A stretch of DNA of 64,000 bases from a virus, in IMG/VR virus record IMGVR_UViG_3300025728_000145, positions 3,944 through 67,943 of that record. One strand, given 5' to 3'. Each line of letters begins with the position of its first letter. Position 1 is the first letter of the stretch. This document shows, one piece after another, positions 1 to 11,447 of this stretch. The notes under the pieces were generated by a model. That model searched no databases. It was given only the letters and a program-made list of their open reading frames with translations, and had not been told where the DNA came from. Position numbers and translations under genes: made by a program.

Positions 1-979
1 CAGAGCAATCTTCAAGGACGTATACTGTTCTTTGTGTAAGGTCTCGTTCCTGTGAGACTCCCATGACCATGATTCCGCATTCGTCAGTTGGATTCTCGGA
101 TACAGACGGGTCAACGGCTACGAAGATCAATGGGAAGCGTGGAGTCTCATACCCGATCTTCTGAGAATCGGCCATGGCCTTGTTGATCATTTCCTGTGTG
201 AAGACAAGACCTTCAGCATCTTCGAGCATCTGTCCATCAAGTTCCTGCTTGGCGAGATCGGAGTTACCATACTGGCCTACAAGGTTGTCGATATAGTTCT
301 TGGACAGAGAAGTGTTATCAAAGGTTGATCCTGTAACGATACGGATACGCTTCTCAGGAAGCTTTGCATCAGCCATGATATCCTTCATGACCTTCGTGCG
401 CTTAGGTGTCGTTGCGAGTAGAATCTGTGGATTTTCTCCCAGACGGGTAGCAGCAACAAGGTTGGAGAACAGGGTAGCTCCAGAAGCGTCCACTGTGGTC
501 TTCCAAGCAGCGAACTCATCACCCACCGCGTAGTGGAACTGAGGTCCACGAGCACCGTCAGGGCTTTCGGAGGACAAAAGAAGCGCCTGTGAGCCATTGG
601 GCCACAACAGGGAGGTTGTGGATGGCTTGTACTCTGGTCGTTCGTCAGGAGAGTGTACAGCCAGTACTCCGGACTCACCAAGGATCATTGTGTTACGTAC
701 GTCAGCTACGGTACGGGCTGCAATTGCGATACGGCAGCCGGGATTCTCAAGAGCTTTCTTCCTGATCCACTGGGAAGCGGTCAGAGTCTTACCAAAACCA
801 CGTCCAGCGACAAGGGCGGTAATGAACCAGTCTCCATCTGGAATCTTCTGTTCCGGACGTAGCCAGAAATTGGCATCGTACTTTAGCTTTGCATAGTCAT
901 CTGGTGTAAAATTTTTGAAGATTTCGTTTTGTTCTTCAATGGGAAGAAGTGAAATCTCTTCAGCAAGTGATTTGCCCAT
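1..979 (-). CDS. terL: Terminase large subunit (partial, runs off left edge)
   Basis: Hand translation from ATG at 979 (RBS GAAAGG): MGKSLAEEISLLPIEEQ...LRPEQ...LVAGRGFGKT (Walker A)...ARGPQFHYAVGDEFAAW (Walker B)...LATTPK (motif C)...FVAVDPS (start of nuclease domain). Absent from the ORF track because it is truncated. Confidence 0.95.
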   Translation of the reverse strand, partial: MGKSLAEEISLLPIEEQNEIFKNFTPDDYAKLKYDANFWLRPEQKIPDGDWFITALVAGRGFGKTLTASQWIRKKALENPGCRIAIAARTVADVRNTMILGESGVLAVHSPDERPEYKPSTTSLLWPNGSQALLLSSESPDGARGPQFHYAVGDEFAAWKTTVDASGATLFSNLVAATRLGENPQILLATTPKRTKVMKDIMADAKLPEKRIRIVTGSTFDNTSLSKNYIDNLVGQYGNSDLAKQELDGQMLEDAEGLVFTQEMINKAMADSQKIGYETPRFPLIFVAVDPSVSENPTDECGIMVMGVSQERDLTQRTVYVLEDCS

Positions 980-998
980 GAGGGGCCTTTCGTGTAGG

Positions 999-1229
999 CT
1001 AGACCGTAGGTGTTACGGTTAGAACTGTCGTAACGCACCCGAGATCAGCTTGCTTCTTGCTGATTGATTCTTGGGTCGTCTCCGGTAGATGAGTCGGGGT
1101 TGACTCCGTGACCGTAAACTGGTATGCTTTATTAGGAAAATACCTCTTTGCCATTGTCTCTGCCCATTCGGCAGGGTCGTGGGAGGCTGTGAGAACGAGT
1201 ACGGCACCATTAAAAGAGTTAGTTGTCAT
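999..1229 (-). CDS. Hypothetical protein upstream of terL
   Basis: 76 aa ATG ORF co-oriented with terL and ending just before its RBS. Confidence 0.55.
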   Translation of the reverse strand: MTTNSFNGAVLVLTASHDPAEWAETMAKRYFPNKAYQFTVTESTPTHLPETTQESISKKQADLGCVTTVLTVTPTV

Positions 1230-1275
1230 TATACCATTATACCATTTTCGTCAAGCCAACAAGGAGAACAAAATT

Positions 1276-1713
1276 TTGGAGAACGCAAAGAGCCATATCG
1301 ATGAGATTGTTTCCACCATCGAACAGGAAGCGTGCTACGCAAATCCGGGGCCAGCAGCGGTAACGGCTGGTAAATACATTGATGAGAATTTCTACCTCAT
1401 CCCTAAATCTAACTTCCCCACTTCTTATGGGACCGTGGGTACCCTCTATAAAGAAGGTAAGCCTGATGTCAAAGCTACCCGTGACAAGGGATTGGAACTT
1501 CTGGTACGCGCTGAACAGCTTCGTCAGGAAGAACTTAAGGCAAAGCAGAAGTGGCGGGATGAGCGTTACGAAGTATATATGTCTCTCCCTAGCTCTAACC
1601 CAAGTATGTCTCAGCTAGACTTTGAGGTGATTTATGGATCGTTCACGAGATTGCAGGTTGAATCTTTTGATGAGATTGTAAGGCTCAAGCGAGAACTTGC
1701 TTCTAAAGAATAA
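1276..1713 (+). CDS. Hypothetical protein
   Basis: TTG start after AAGGAG RBS; avoids overlap with the divergent minus gene. Confidence 0.65.
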   Translation: MENAKSHIDEIVSTIEQEACYANPGPAAVTAGKYIDENFYLIPKSNFPTSYGTVGTLYKEGKPDVKATRDKGLELLVRAEQLRQEELKAKQKWRDERYEVYMSLPSSNPSMSQLDFEVIYGSFTRLQVESFDEIVRLKRELASKE

Positions 1714-2032
1714 ATCTTGTAGTGTTGAACTCAGCAAGCCACCACCGCTAAGTAAAGGAGAATATGAAGGTCATTACCAAGAGCGCTGCACTTGAGGCTC
1801 TGAACGAAGTACGGGATGAACAGGAAAGTTTCTCCATTGTAAGTGGACCGGATCGCCTTGGATCGGTCAGCATTTTCTCTGTTCTGGCATGGGATGGGGA
1901 GAATGTGGAAGACAGGGATGTCATGTTTTACTGGAAGAATGGAAAGGTCAAGGTTTACGAAGGTGCTTAACCCAGCCCGACACCGGCAAAGCGGTATTGA
2001 AATTTTGGAAGAAATGCTAAATCGAGAGGAAT

Positions 2033-2416
2033 ATGAATTTGAAGTCGCAGACTGCGGAGCATAAGGGACTGTTGCCCGAACTGGAGACCGACCCCGAAAC
2101 AGGTCTCCCCAAGTTGCCGGAAGGTTATGCTTGGAAGGTAGAAGAATCCTATGGCAATAAGATTGAAGTCAGGATTGCTGTCAGGGTAATCAAGAAGACA
2201 AACATCTTTGAAAAGATTTTCCTTGGAGACAGGGACAAGGAATCTTGGAATGTCTACGATCACAACTTTGAAAGTGGTTATGACGTTTGTGAAAACAATG
2301 AGGAAGCTCTGAAGAAGTGCACTGAACTCTTTTATGAAGAGGTGCGAGAGAACCACAACAAGAAGGTCAATGGAAAGAATCTCACTGGCCTCTACCCGCC
2401 CAAGTCAATCCTCTAG
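2033..2416 (+). CDS. Hypothetical protein (LPxLPEG...YPPK family)
   Basis: Shares TGLPxLPEG-x-W and C-terminal GxYPPK with 12028..12597. Confidence 0.75.
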   Translation: MNLKSQTAEHKGLLPELETDPETGLPKLPEGYAWKVEESYGNKIEVRIAVRVIKKTNIFEKIFLGDRDKESWNVYDHNFESGYDVCENNEEALKKCTELFYEEVRENHNKKVNGKNLTGLYPPKSIL

Positions 2417-2428
2417 CAGAAAGAATCC

Positions 2429-2644
2429 ATGGATAAGAATGAACTTACCGGTGTCATCGGTATTGGAGTAATTGTAATTATTTTGGCAATTTGTGTACCC
2501 CTTGTATGGGCCGCTAGCGTTGCCATGGGAGTAATCCTCCTAGCACTGACAGGGATTCTCGCTATTGGTGTGGTAACCTCAGTCGTAGGGGCACTCCCCA
2601 AGAAGGAAAAGCCTGTCGAAGAAGAGATTACCGAAGAAGTCTAA
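2429..2644 (+). CDS. Small membrane protein
   Basis: Two hydrophobic helices and a charged tail; followed by hairpin terminator. Confidence 0.75.
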   Translation: MDKNELTGVIGIGVIVIILAICVPLVWAASVAMGVILLALTGILAIGVVTSVVGALPKKEKPVEEEITEEV

Positions 2645-2773
2645 TACACTAAGATGCCCCCTCTTTATGAGGGGGTTTCTTGTGTTTGACAAGCGAATGA
2701 CAAACGTGTAAGTTTGTATCAAGATTTCATCAAGAAATCATCAAATCCACACTGAAAGGTCTCTCGCTATCTA

Positions 2774-3475
2774 ATGCTATACTCTGTCAAGAGATTCCTA
2801 AAGAACATCTTTGGGAGTCCCGAACCTACTGTCCCGGAAGTCAAGCCCTTCAAGATCGAGCATGAATGGCCCTTCCCTTCTCCTAAGCCCCTCAACGAGG
2901 GGTACCTTGTAGGAGAACTCATCAAAGGCATTCAGGTAGAAGGTGATCACGTGTTTTTCTTCTGGGGAGGGGAAAAGCGACGACACATCCGGACACCTGA
3001 AGGCCGTGAAACCATGCTGGCTCGAAACATTATCTGGTGGATGGAAGGTCGAAAGGTCCCCATCACGGCGGCTGGTACCGGCCTCAAAACTACCTGTGGA
3101 GAGCCTAAATGTGTTAAGCTGTCCCACCTTTCCCTAAAGGTAAGAACTACCGTCCACGGGCCAAAGAACAGGGTTATCCCACCAGCACGACAAGTTCCCA
3201 AGGACAAGCAGCCTCCACTTCCTCCAAAGATTCATCGTGGTCCACGGACTCCGTTGGCTAAGTTCACCAAAGAAGATCGGATGAAGTGTGATACCCGTAA
3301 GGGATACTTCGCTGACCGAAAGTCAGGAGATGAATACGCACGTCAGGTCAACCGACCGGAGAACAGGGGAAAGGAGCCACGTCAGTACGTATACCCTTGC
3401 ACACAATGTGACGGATTCCATTTGACAAAGATCAATCCAGAGAAGTACGGAAAGAAGAAGGTTGGATCGTGGTAA
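2774..3475 (+). CDS. HNH-like zinc-binding loop protein with C-terminal CxxC-GFHLT zinc ribbon
   Basis: TTCGEPKCVKLSHL resembles the His-Cys/HNH Zn loop (CxxxxCVxxxHL); C-terminal YPCTQCDGFHLTK; own TTGACA promoter upstream. Confidence 0.5.
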   Translation: MLYSVKRFLKNIFGSPEPTVPEVKPFKIEHEWPFPSPKPLNEGYLVGELIKGIQVEGDHVFFFWGGEKRRHIRTPEGRETMLARNIIWWMEGRKVPITAAGTGLKTTCGEPKCVKLSHLSLKVRTTVHGPKNRVIPPARQVPKDKQPPLPPKIHRGPRTPLAKFTKEDRMKCDTRKGYFADRKSGDEYARQVNRPENRGKEPRQYVYPCTQCDGFHLTKINPEKYGKKKVGSW

Positions 3476-4041
3476 GTAAGAAGAAAATCATCGTCAATAC
3501 GTTGGCTCGACACGCAGAGTACTCCCGAGGCCCATCGGACTACAATATCAACGGAGAGCAGTTTGTCCGTTGCGAATGTGGATGGGAAGGGTATACAATA
3601 GACTACGAAGACGTAAACAAGGCGTATGCAGAACACCTCTACCATGAGGTGAAGAAGGCTCTCAAGAAGCGGAAGAAGATCGTAAAACTTTTGAAGGAGT
3701 AGACATGGCAAAGATGTACGGTAAGCGAGGAATTGAGCACTGGCACTCACCTGACTTCATCATCCCTAAGTCCAAACTCAGGAATGAGGAAGAGATCCAA
3801 TGGCGTACTGATGCTGAGCAGGAATCCTTGAAGCATCAGGGAGGACTCTGTCCATACAGCATTCACGGATGCATTGAGTGTTGGGACATTGATCATGATG
3901 ATGCCTACGATAACTCTGATCTGGATGAAATTCCGGGTGTCTGGTCTGATCATGACTGGAGGAAGTACCTCACAGAGGCCGACTACTGGTTCATGGAACG
4001 TATGGACGAACGAATAACAGATGCAAGAAAAAGGAGGGAAA

Positions 4042-4437
4042 TTGAGCAAGCGTGGGAAGACCACACGCAGAACAGGGACAGTGGCACTGGGTCTGTCAGG
4101 GCTGCTGGCTAGTGTCCTGCTGACTGGCTGCACGCCTAGCGGAGATGTGGTGGACGCTGACTACGCTCAGGTGTGTCAGGACCGCAAAACGGATTCTAGG
4201 GTCGAGGATGACAAATGCTCAGACCAAGGCCGGTCCTCCGGAGCCTATGGCTGGTACTTCTTCAACATGAACTCCGGATCAAGCAACACCGTTCCTCCCG
4301 TGGGATCACGTCTCATGGGAGGTTCGACAACTGCCCCGACAAGTGGTAGCGTAAAGAGTGGAATTCCCTCAAAAGGAGGGACCGTCTCCCGTGGTGGATT
4401 CGGTGGAAGCGCCAAGGGCGGATCGTCCGGTGGATAA
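4042..4437 (+). CDS. Lipoprotein, DUF1190/YgiB-like
   Basis: TTG after AAGGAGGG; lipobox VLLTGC; Gly/Ser-rich tail with TVSRGGFGGS typical of DUF1190. Confidence 0.6.
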   Translation: MSKRGKTTRRTGTVALGLSGLLASVLLTGCTPSGDVVDADYAQVCQDRKTDSRVEDDKCSDQGRSSGAYGWYFFNMNSGSSNTVPPVGSRLMGGSTTAPTSGSVKSGIPSKGGTVSRGGFGGSAKGGSSGG

Positions 4438-4451
4438 GGAAAAGGATTAGT

Positions 4452-4982
4452 ATGCTGATTACAATTATGTTTTGGTCAACTATCGGATTGGCTGTGGCGG
4501 TAGCCGTTTGGTTGGAAATCAAGTTCGTGCATGATGAGTTTGGAATGGGCCTAGCAGCAGGGTTTGGTGTGATTATTCTAGGTGGAGTAGCCATGGCGAT
4601 TACCATCCCAAATGTGATCAATGCCAATGAGGACAAGATTATCGTCAAAGACACTGAAGACAACTCCTATGCTCTTCGGGCGCTAGCCAATAACACCAAC
4701 CTTGAAGGCCGTCAATACTTCCTAGGGGGAGGCTACATAGGTGAAAAGCAGGTCTTCAATTACATGACGCAGAGCGAACATGGGGCCATCAGGCTCCAGT
4801 CCATGGATGCAGCACAAGCAACCATCTTTGAAGACACGAACACTCCACACCTTCGAGTGATCAAGACCGAGAGGTTTCTCCCGAGTGTTGTTCCGTGGGA
4901 CTTGGGAAGCACCATGCACTATGACTTCCACATCCCTGCCGGTTCGGTCCTTGAGACCTATAACGTGGACGTGAACAAGTAG
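4452..4982 (+). CDS. Two-TM membrane protein
   Basis: Two N-terminal hydrophobic helices; architecture like 6756..7169. Confidence 0.75.
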   Translation: MLITIMFWSTIGLAVAVAVWLEIKFVHDEFGMGLAAGFGVIILGGVAMAITIPNVINANEDKIIVKDTEDNSYALRALANNTNLEGRQYFLGGGYIGEKQVFNYMTQSEHGAIRLQSMDAAQATIFEDTNTPHLRVIKTERFLPSVVPWDLGSTMHYDFHIPAGSVLETYNVDVNK

Positions 4983-5625
4983 TTGACATCCTTCTCCTGA
5001 GAGGGTAATCTTAGACTACCAACAACACGAAAGGAGAAGGACATGCTTGAAGATACTCCCGGCACAGTTCGATGGAAAGCCGGTGATGATAGGTTCTACT
5101 TGGAACCTGAACAGCATAACCATTTCGTTCTAGGACAGGAGTTCAACTTTGGAGACGGAGCTTTTACGGACTTCTCTCTGCTGGTAATCAACAGGGCTGA
5201 CACTCCTGAGCTTCTGGACCGTCTTGCGGAGTTCAATGGGCTTCCCAAGTACTCTGACCTGTCGAAGACTCAGGAGGCAGTGAAACACATCCTGAATCGT
5301 CTGGATAGCCCTATCTACTCCAGTGGGGTCTTCAAGGGTGCCATTAAGCGGGAGCTTCGGATGGCTTTGGAGGGGAAGAAGGTGGACGATGACTAACCAC
5401 ACAGTAGCCATCAATGTCCTCAAGGATGAGCTTGACGAGGTTGCCCGGAACATCAAGATCCTCCGGGCTGAGGGTGCACGGATGCAAATACAGGGATTCA
5501 TGAACCCTCACATGCCCAACATGGACAGATTCAACAAACTTCGTTATCGAAGGATGTTGAAAAACTTAATCGACAAGGGAGAAGCCTTGGTCGCGGCCAT
5601 CAAAGTCTTGGAAGGAGACAAGTAA

Positions 5626-6054
5626 ATGGAAATCGTAATCTTCCTCAACCTGATCATTGGGTTGGTGGTGGCTGGTAAGTTGTTCATCAAGCCCAAACAG
5701 GCTCAGCCTCAGCTTACTGCACCGGAGACTCAGATGGCTTTGAGTCCATCCCATACGCTGGTACGTGTTTGGGACAACCGTTCCTGTGAGCATGACCGTC
5801 AGGGCTGGTGGTTTGAGTGTTCCTGCGGGATGAAGCGTTCCGCAGACGGCACCAACTCAAAATCCTACGGATCGGAATCCAAGGCCATCACTTCCTACAA
5901 GGTGCACGCCAAGCTCCACACAGACATCTCACCTGAAAAGAATGAGTGGAAGGAAAAGTACGAAGCCGTAGAGATCGAATTTGCAAAATACAAGGAAGCG
6001 TGCTATTGTAAGAACTTGAACGACGACATCCTCATCCTCAAAGGAAACCCATGA
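5626..6054 (+). CDS. Membrane-anchored protein with WxCxCG...H Zn motif
   Basis: N-terminal TM; WWFECSCG...H; related to 10143 and 14785. Confidence 0.7.
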   Translation: MEIVIFLNLIIGLVVAGKLFIKPKQAQPQLTAPETQMALSPSHTLVRVWDNRSCEHDRQGWWFECSCGMKRSADGTNSKSYGSESKAITSYKVHAKLHTDISPEKNEWKEKYEAVEIEFAKYKEACYCKNLNDDILILKGNP

Positions 6055-6569
6055 TCATCATCCCCTACTTCATAATTGTTGTGCAATTCGGGGTCATCAT
6101 CTACATGGCCTACAAGTTGCGTGGACATTCAAAAGACAAATTCTAGGAAGGAACATATGACTACAGAACAACAGGACTACATGGACAACCAACGCAGAGT
6201 AAAACTCAATCCTCCAAGTCCGGCCAACGGGATGGTGGAGATCGTTCGGAAGACTTCGGATGGCTATGACGTGAGGACATCTGAGACCTTCTACAAGATC
6301 GAGCGTCTGGGTGTTTACTCGTCCCGACAGGCCGCTTTGGAAGCTGCCTTTAAGAAGTACTGCCCTGACCTGTCCATCGAGCCGCTGAAGGTAGATGGTT
6401 AATGGAAGAGCCGAAAGAAGTGAAGAAGCGCCGTAGCCGTGTTCTGGAGTACTACGAAAAGAAGCAGAAGGAAGAGTCCGAGAAGCCAGTAGAGGATGAT
6501 GAGAATATCTTTCAAGATACCTTTGGTGAACTGGGACTTGACGAATTTGGAACGGAGCCTTTCAAGTAA

Positions 6570-6740
6570 ATGGCAGACATTGATGAAGTTCTTTGGCAAG
6601 ATACGAAAGAAAATCTGATGGACGCAATGGACGGGGATGAGATGTCCGTTGAGATGTACATGTCCGACATGAAAGACTCAGGCTATTTTGACCTGCCTGA
6701 TGAATACCGTTTCGTTGACTACGACGATGACGAATACTAA
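6570..6740 (+). CDS. Small highly acidic protein (56 aa, not in ORF track)
   Basis: MADIDEVLWQDTKENLMDAMDGDEMSVEMYMSDMKDSGYFDLPDEYRFVDYDDDEY; 20 D/E versus 3 K/R; abuts 6402..6569 ORF. Confidence 0.7.
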   Translation: MADIDEVLWQDTKENLMDAMDGDEMSVEMYMSDMKDSGYFDLPDEYRFVDYDDDEY

Positions 6741-7359
6741 GTAAAGGAAAACATTTTGGTATTTTATATTGTGGTTGCGCTTGTCGTAATCATCCCCCTA
6801 CTCTTTCTCCGGTTCTCCAATAAGTCGGAACGATGGGTTAACTTTGTAGGATCGCTATTTACCTCCGCAATATTCGGAGCAATGATCTTCGGAATGTTCT
6901 CTACCGGGTCAAGTGACAGTTACACTGTAACCAACAGTGAAAACACTTACACTGTTGCAGAGGGAAAGGTTCCTACCCTTGTTGAAGGAAACCTGTCCTT
7001 CTCCTATACGGAGAACGGTGTCACCAAGGAATTGTATGTACCTATTGACAATTCAAAGATCCCCCTTGAAGACGTAAATCAGATCAAGATTACCCACAAG
7101 GACGCCATGAATCCTGCCATTGCCCCGTGGCCCACTGGTGACGGATACATAGCGGAGTTCATCAAGTGACGGTTACAGTCGTGGTAGCTGGTTGTGATGA
7201 CACAACCACTGTTGAACTCGAAGCCACCGACGTTGAGAAGGATTTCCTCGTCAGGCTTAGTAACCTCATCAACGAGACACGAGAGTACGGATGTATGCCC
7301 GGAATGATGGTCTCTAGAGGTAAGGAAGTCCTTGTCAGTCTGGACTGATTCAGACAACT

Positions 7360-7392
7360 GAATGCTCTCCTACCTAGTGTAGGAGAGCATTC
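7360..7392 (+). terminator. Perfect 14-bp hairpin
   Basis: GAATGCTCTCCTAC-ctagt-GTAGGAGAGCATTC between genes; no U-tract. Confidence 0.5.
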
Positions 7393-9036
7393 CTACACTG
7401 GAAGGTAAACATGAAAGCACGCACTGCTGTAATTGTGCTGGTCCTCTGGGTAATAACTTGTGGACTGGCAGGTATTTTTACGTCGTTTTTTGGATTTTTC
7501 GCGACTCTCTTCCTTCTCGGGAGTGCGGCCATCATTGCATCCATCAAGCGTGAGGCACCTGAACTGGTGATGCGAGAGGGTAAATGGTATGACGAGAGGG
7601 AAGACGATCAGGCTCGTTAAAAAATTTTACAAGTACTTCCTTGTACTTGCCACGCTCATTGTGTTTTACGTAGGTCCAATTAGTCTTGTACTTGTTGTAT
7701 GCTATGCGTGGATGATGTTTTTACTTATTCAAGCTCTAGCAGAAAAGATTAAAGAATTATGATACTAATTCTCGCTTTACTACTCTTTGGAATAGCCATC
7801 TGGAATTTTGTTGTAGGTCTATGGATTGTTGGGATTCTTGCCACCGTCCTCGGAATTGCGTCACTGGTTGAATTGTGGATATCCTACAATGAGGATGTAT
7901 TTCTGTGATGGTAACCACAGAGCAAGAGCTAGACGCTCTTCCCTTCGGAACCCGGCTGAGGTTTACCATCAGCAAGGCAGTTCTGGAGAAGACGCACGGA
8001 GGGCTATGGAAGGTCCACGGCGTGAAGGGGTGCTTCGGTTCGGATGACATTTGCCGGAACGGGACGCCCATGGAAATCTTAGAGTAAGGTAAATATGGTA
8101 TACGTAATTATTTGGGTATCTGTGGCGGTAGTATGGTCTATCGTTTGTGCGATTGGTCGGGGTCTATGTGACCCACACTACGTCAGGGAGCGAGAGTATC
8201 GAAAGTTGTGGTCCCAGCTTCTCATCCTGTCTCCGGTGTGGCCCCTAGCCCTTGTATGGCTGATTGGTAGGCTGTTCACTAAGGCTTATGAAGAATCCGG
8301 CTTTGACGATATGGTAAAGGACTGGAGGAAGAAATGATCTGGTGGATTATCTACGGAATCGTTTCCTTGCTCTGGTTCGTACTGGTTATGTGGTACTATC
8401 TCGATGAGAAGGACATCATGCCTGATGATGAGAAGAAAGCTACTGCACGAGCCGCACTGGTTGCGCCTTTGTGGCCGGTCATTCTTTTCTGTGCGGTATT
8501 GTATGGCCTTTGGATTCTTGCTGAACAGGTGGTAAAGTTGGTTGACGACGCCGATCTGGGAGAACCAGCACGGAAAGCAAGAGAAGCCAAACAGAAGGAG
8601 AAGGAAAATGGGAAAACGCAAAGCGAAGATCACTGATCTTGTAGAAGAGCTTTTGGGTGATGTCCGAATGGGCTACGAGATCGATATCACCGTGGACCGA
8701 CATGACTTGGAAGAGGTTCTGATCTGGGCTGCTGAGAAGCTGGGAGCCAATCAGCTTTTCCGGGAGGGTGATGAGGTAGTTGTCACCGAACTTGACAAAA
8801 ACACAACACAACCACCTTACGCCAAGAAGGGTGCAAAGGGAGTTATCCATCAGATCTTCAACTACGGTGACGAGAGTGTACGGGTCGTCTTCAATGACGA
8901 CCCGGACGAGCGCCCGTGGTATATGTTCAAGACAGAGCTACGCCGAATCATCGAGTAGTTGACATGGGTTCTCCTTTAGGGTATATTAGTATCAGTCCTC
9001 AAAGAGAGGGAAGGTACAAGACAAAAGGAGAACACC

Positions 9037-9432
9037 ATGTGGGTTATGTTTGAAGGTGGATTTGTAAGCGCAGTACAAGATCGGGACGATCACGGAATCC
9101 TTCGAGTCCGAGCGCGCGATCAGCGTTCGTTGACCACAATGCTGGATATCATCAAGCTCTCCGGACACGATACCGGAGACTTGAAGCCCGTCACTTCAGC
9201 GGGTACCGACTACCGTTGGCGTGTCCTGCTTCCACGGGAACTGTTTGGAGTCTTCCTCGCTCAGGTGTCTGATGACATCAGCTACGGAAACTTCAAGGAT
9301 CAGGCAACCAAGACACGCGGGAAGAAGTGGCATGACGCATTCATGGATGTGTGGGTTGCCATGTTGGCCGTAGACGATGGCCCAAAGTTCAAGCGGGGAT
9401 GGGACTTGGCGGGACGTAAGGTCAAGGCATAA
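9037..9432 (+). CDS. Conserved phage hypothetical protein
   Basis: MW..GFVSAV..VRAR..TDYRWR..YGNFK pattern; strong RBS, own promoter (TTGACA..TATATT) and downstream hairpin. Confidence 0.8.
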   Translation: MWVMFEGGFVSAVQDRDDHGILRVRARDQRSLTTMLDIIKLSGHDTGDLKPVTSAGTDYRWRVLLPRELFGVFLAQVSDDISYGNFKDQATKTRGKKWHDAFMDVWVAMLAVDDGPKFKRGWDLAGRKVKA

Positions 9433-9437
9433 CGGAT

Positions 9438-9474
9438 AGGCAGGGTTGACGCCCTGCCTTTTCTGTTGTAATCT
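9438..9474 (+). promoter_or_regulatory. Fused terminator/promoter with -35 in hairpin loop
   Basis: AGGCAGGG-TTGACG-CCCTGCCT-TTTCT...TAATCT. Confidence 0.7.
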
Positions 9475-10142
9475 ATGATTATGGAGAATCCCAAAGAGAA
9501 AAACTACCGACCGCCTTACCGTCCGGGGCATTATGAGGAAGACGGATGCTACTACTGCAACAAAGACAGGTCGCTACATCCGAGCTTCTGGAAGTGTCCG
9601 GACTGTGGGGAGCTTTGGCGGGTCATCTCAGACAACGTGGCATGGTGCGGATGGATCAAGGCTCGCGGGTTGTGGAGACCCATCACGAGATTCATGACAC
9701 GGAAGAGTTGACTTCAGGATTTGTTCCTGTTAGTCTAAGACAAATAGCAGGAACAACCTAAGGAGACGACAATGACTGAATTTGAACCATGGGACCGGGT
9801 ACGGCACACATACACCGCCTATACCGGTCAGAAGTTTGTCCGTGAAGGAAATATCACCACCATCACCCCAGACTTTGGAATCGCCTACACCACTGGAACA
9901 GCCACGTTCCTCGCCCAGCCTGAAAACCTTGAACTGATCAGCAAGCGGACCCGTAAGCGGGTAGGTCCCACCAAACAGGAGAAAGTGATGAGGGCCAAGC
10001 TCAAGGCTCTAGAGAAGAAGCTCCAGTACTTGAAGGTACGGGCTGACCCCTACGAGTACGATGAGTGGGAACGCGGATACAACTTCGGCCAACGACAGAT
10101 GGCAAGGGAATTGTTGGAAATTATTACGGAAGGTAAGCGGTA

Positions 10143-10628
10143 ATGGAACTCTTTATTTTTCTTCTGGTGGTTCTCGTCGTAGTCGGAGTACCGGGGGGAT
10201 TCTACCTCAGCGACCGTGAAGGTTGGAACGCCACCTTCAAGCGACTGAACAGGGTGGTTCGGGCTAGCATTGAGAACAAGGACAAAGATAAGATGCTCCC
10301 GCAGATCAGCCACACAATGACTTCCGATGACTGGGATGCCCAGTTCAAGGGCGATAAGAACCTAACCCCTGTCGAAACCCCACAAGAGAACCACTACATT
10401 GTCAACACCTTTTTCAAGAGGGCATACAACGGGTCGGACTGGCCGGGGTGGAAGTGCAAATGCGGGGCCTCACGGGTTGAACCAGTGCTAAGCGCATATT
10501 ACGGGGGACTTGAAAGTGCCATCAAGGACGCCAAGAAGGAATCCGAAAAGCATGTGCAGGATGCCAACAGGAATGACCAGATCAGGGCACAATACGCGGC
10601 TAAAGGAATAACAGGGAGGGAATGGTAA
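10143..10628 (+). CDS. Membrane-anchored protein, paralog of 14785..15201
   Basis: TM, EGWNATFKRL..RASIE..DWDAQFKG, WKCKCG. Confidence 0.8.
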   Translation: MELFIFLLVVLVVVGVPGGFYLSDREGWNATFKRLNRVVRASIENKDKDKMLPQISHTMTSDDWDAQFKGDKNLTPVETPQENHYIVNTFFKRAYNGSDWPGWKCKCGASRVEPVLSAYYGGLESAIKDAKKESEKHVQDANRNDQIRAQYAAKGITGREW

Positions 10629-11447
10629 TGGAAGACTACAGGACAGCCCCTACAGCGGCGGATTACGCCCGTGAAGAGGCACGACAAGCCACCGTAAGCC
10701 AGAGCGCTTTGAGGTCCGCAGAGAAGCGTGCAGAGGGTGCAGAGAAGGCATTGTACTTTGCCAGCAAAGCAGGAGAACTTGCTGCCTACAAGCTGAACTC
10801 TCTCGCTAAACTGGCAGATGCTATCATTGAGTTTGGCCTTGCCCCTCAGTACGGCTACGACATCAAGGCTATCCTTGACTTTGACCATGGAGACCTGATC
10901 GAACACAAGAAACAAGAGGCCAATGGCGAAGCCTAGGGTAGCTATTGATCTAACCGACAAACAGCTTGACCTGTTGGCTCGGATCGTTGAGGAACCAACC
11001 TTGTCGGAGATCATTCGACAAGGGCAGAAGAACATGATACCCTTGATGAGAAAGTACAGACGAGACAAGAAACGCGGACCCAACCCTGACTGTTCCGGTG
11101 CTTCAACCTGTCCCTGCATCTGCCACGATACGGGAGGCGAGGACTATGGAACGCATGGACCTGATGGTGGACGTTGCAAAGGCAAAGACTTCTAAGGAGA
11201 AAACAATGACTGAAGACAAGTTCGAATACACCGCTGAATACAGGGCCGCTGATATTACGTTGGGTTGGGATTCCGACTGGGATATCCTCGCTGGACCTTA
11301 TGACACACGGGAGGATGCACGAAACGAAATTATCCGGGAGATCGAAGTAGAAGACACTCCCAACGAAAGCGAATTTGATTACCGGATCATCCGTACCCTG
11401 AAAGACCCTTCCGACAGTGTGGTGGAAGAGATTCAGGGGTTCCGTCG

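Noticed and set aside
300-896. Tracked ORFs on + (300, 597, 653) and - (385)
   Set aside because: Shadows of the terminase large subunit reading frame
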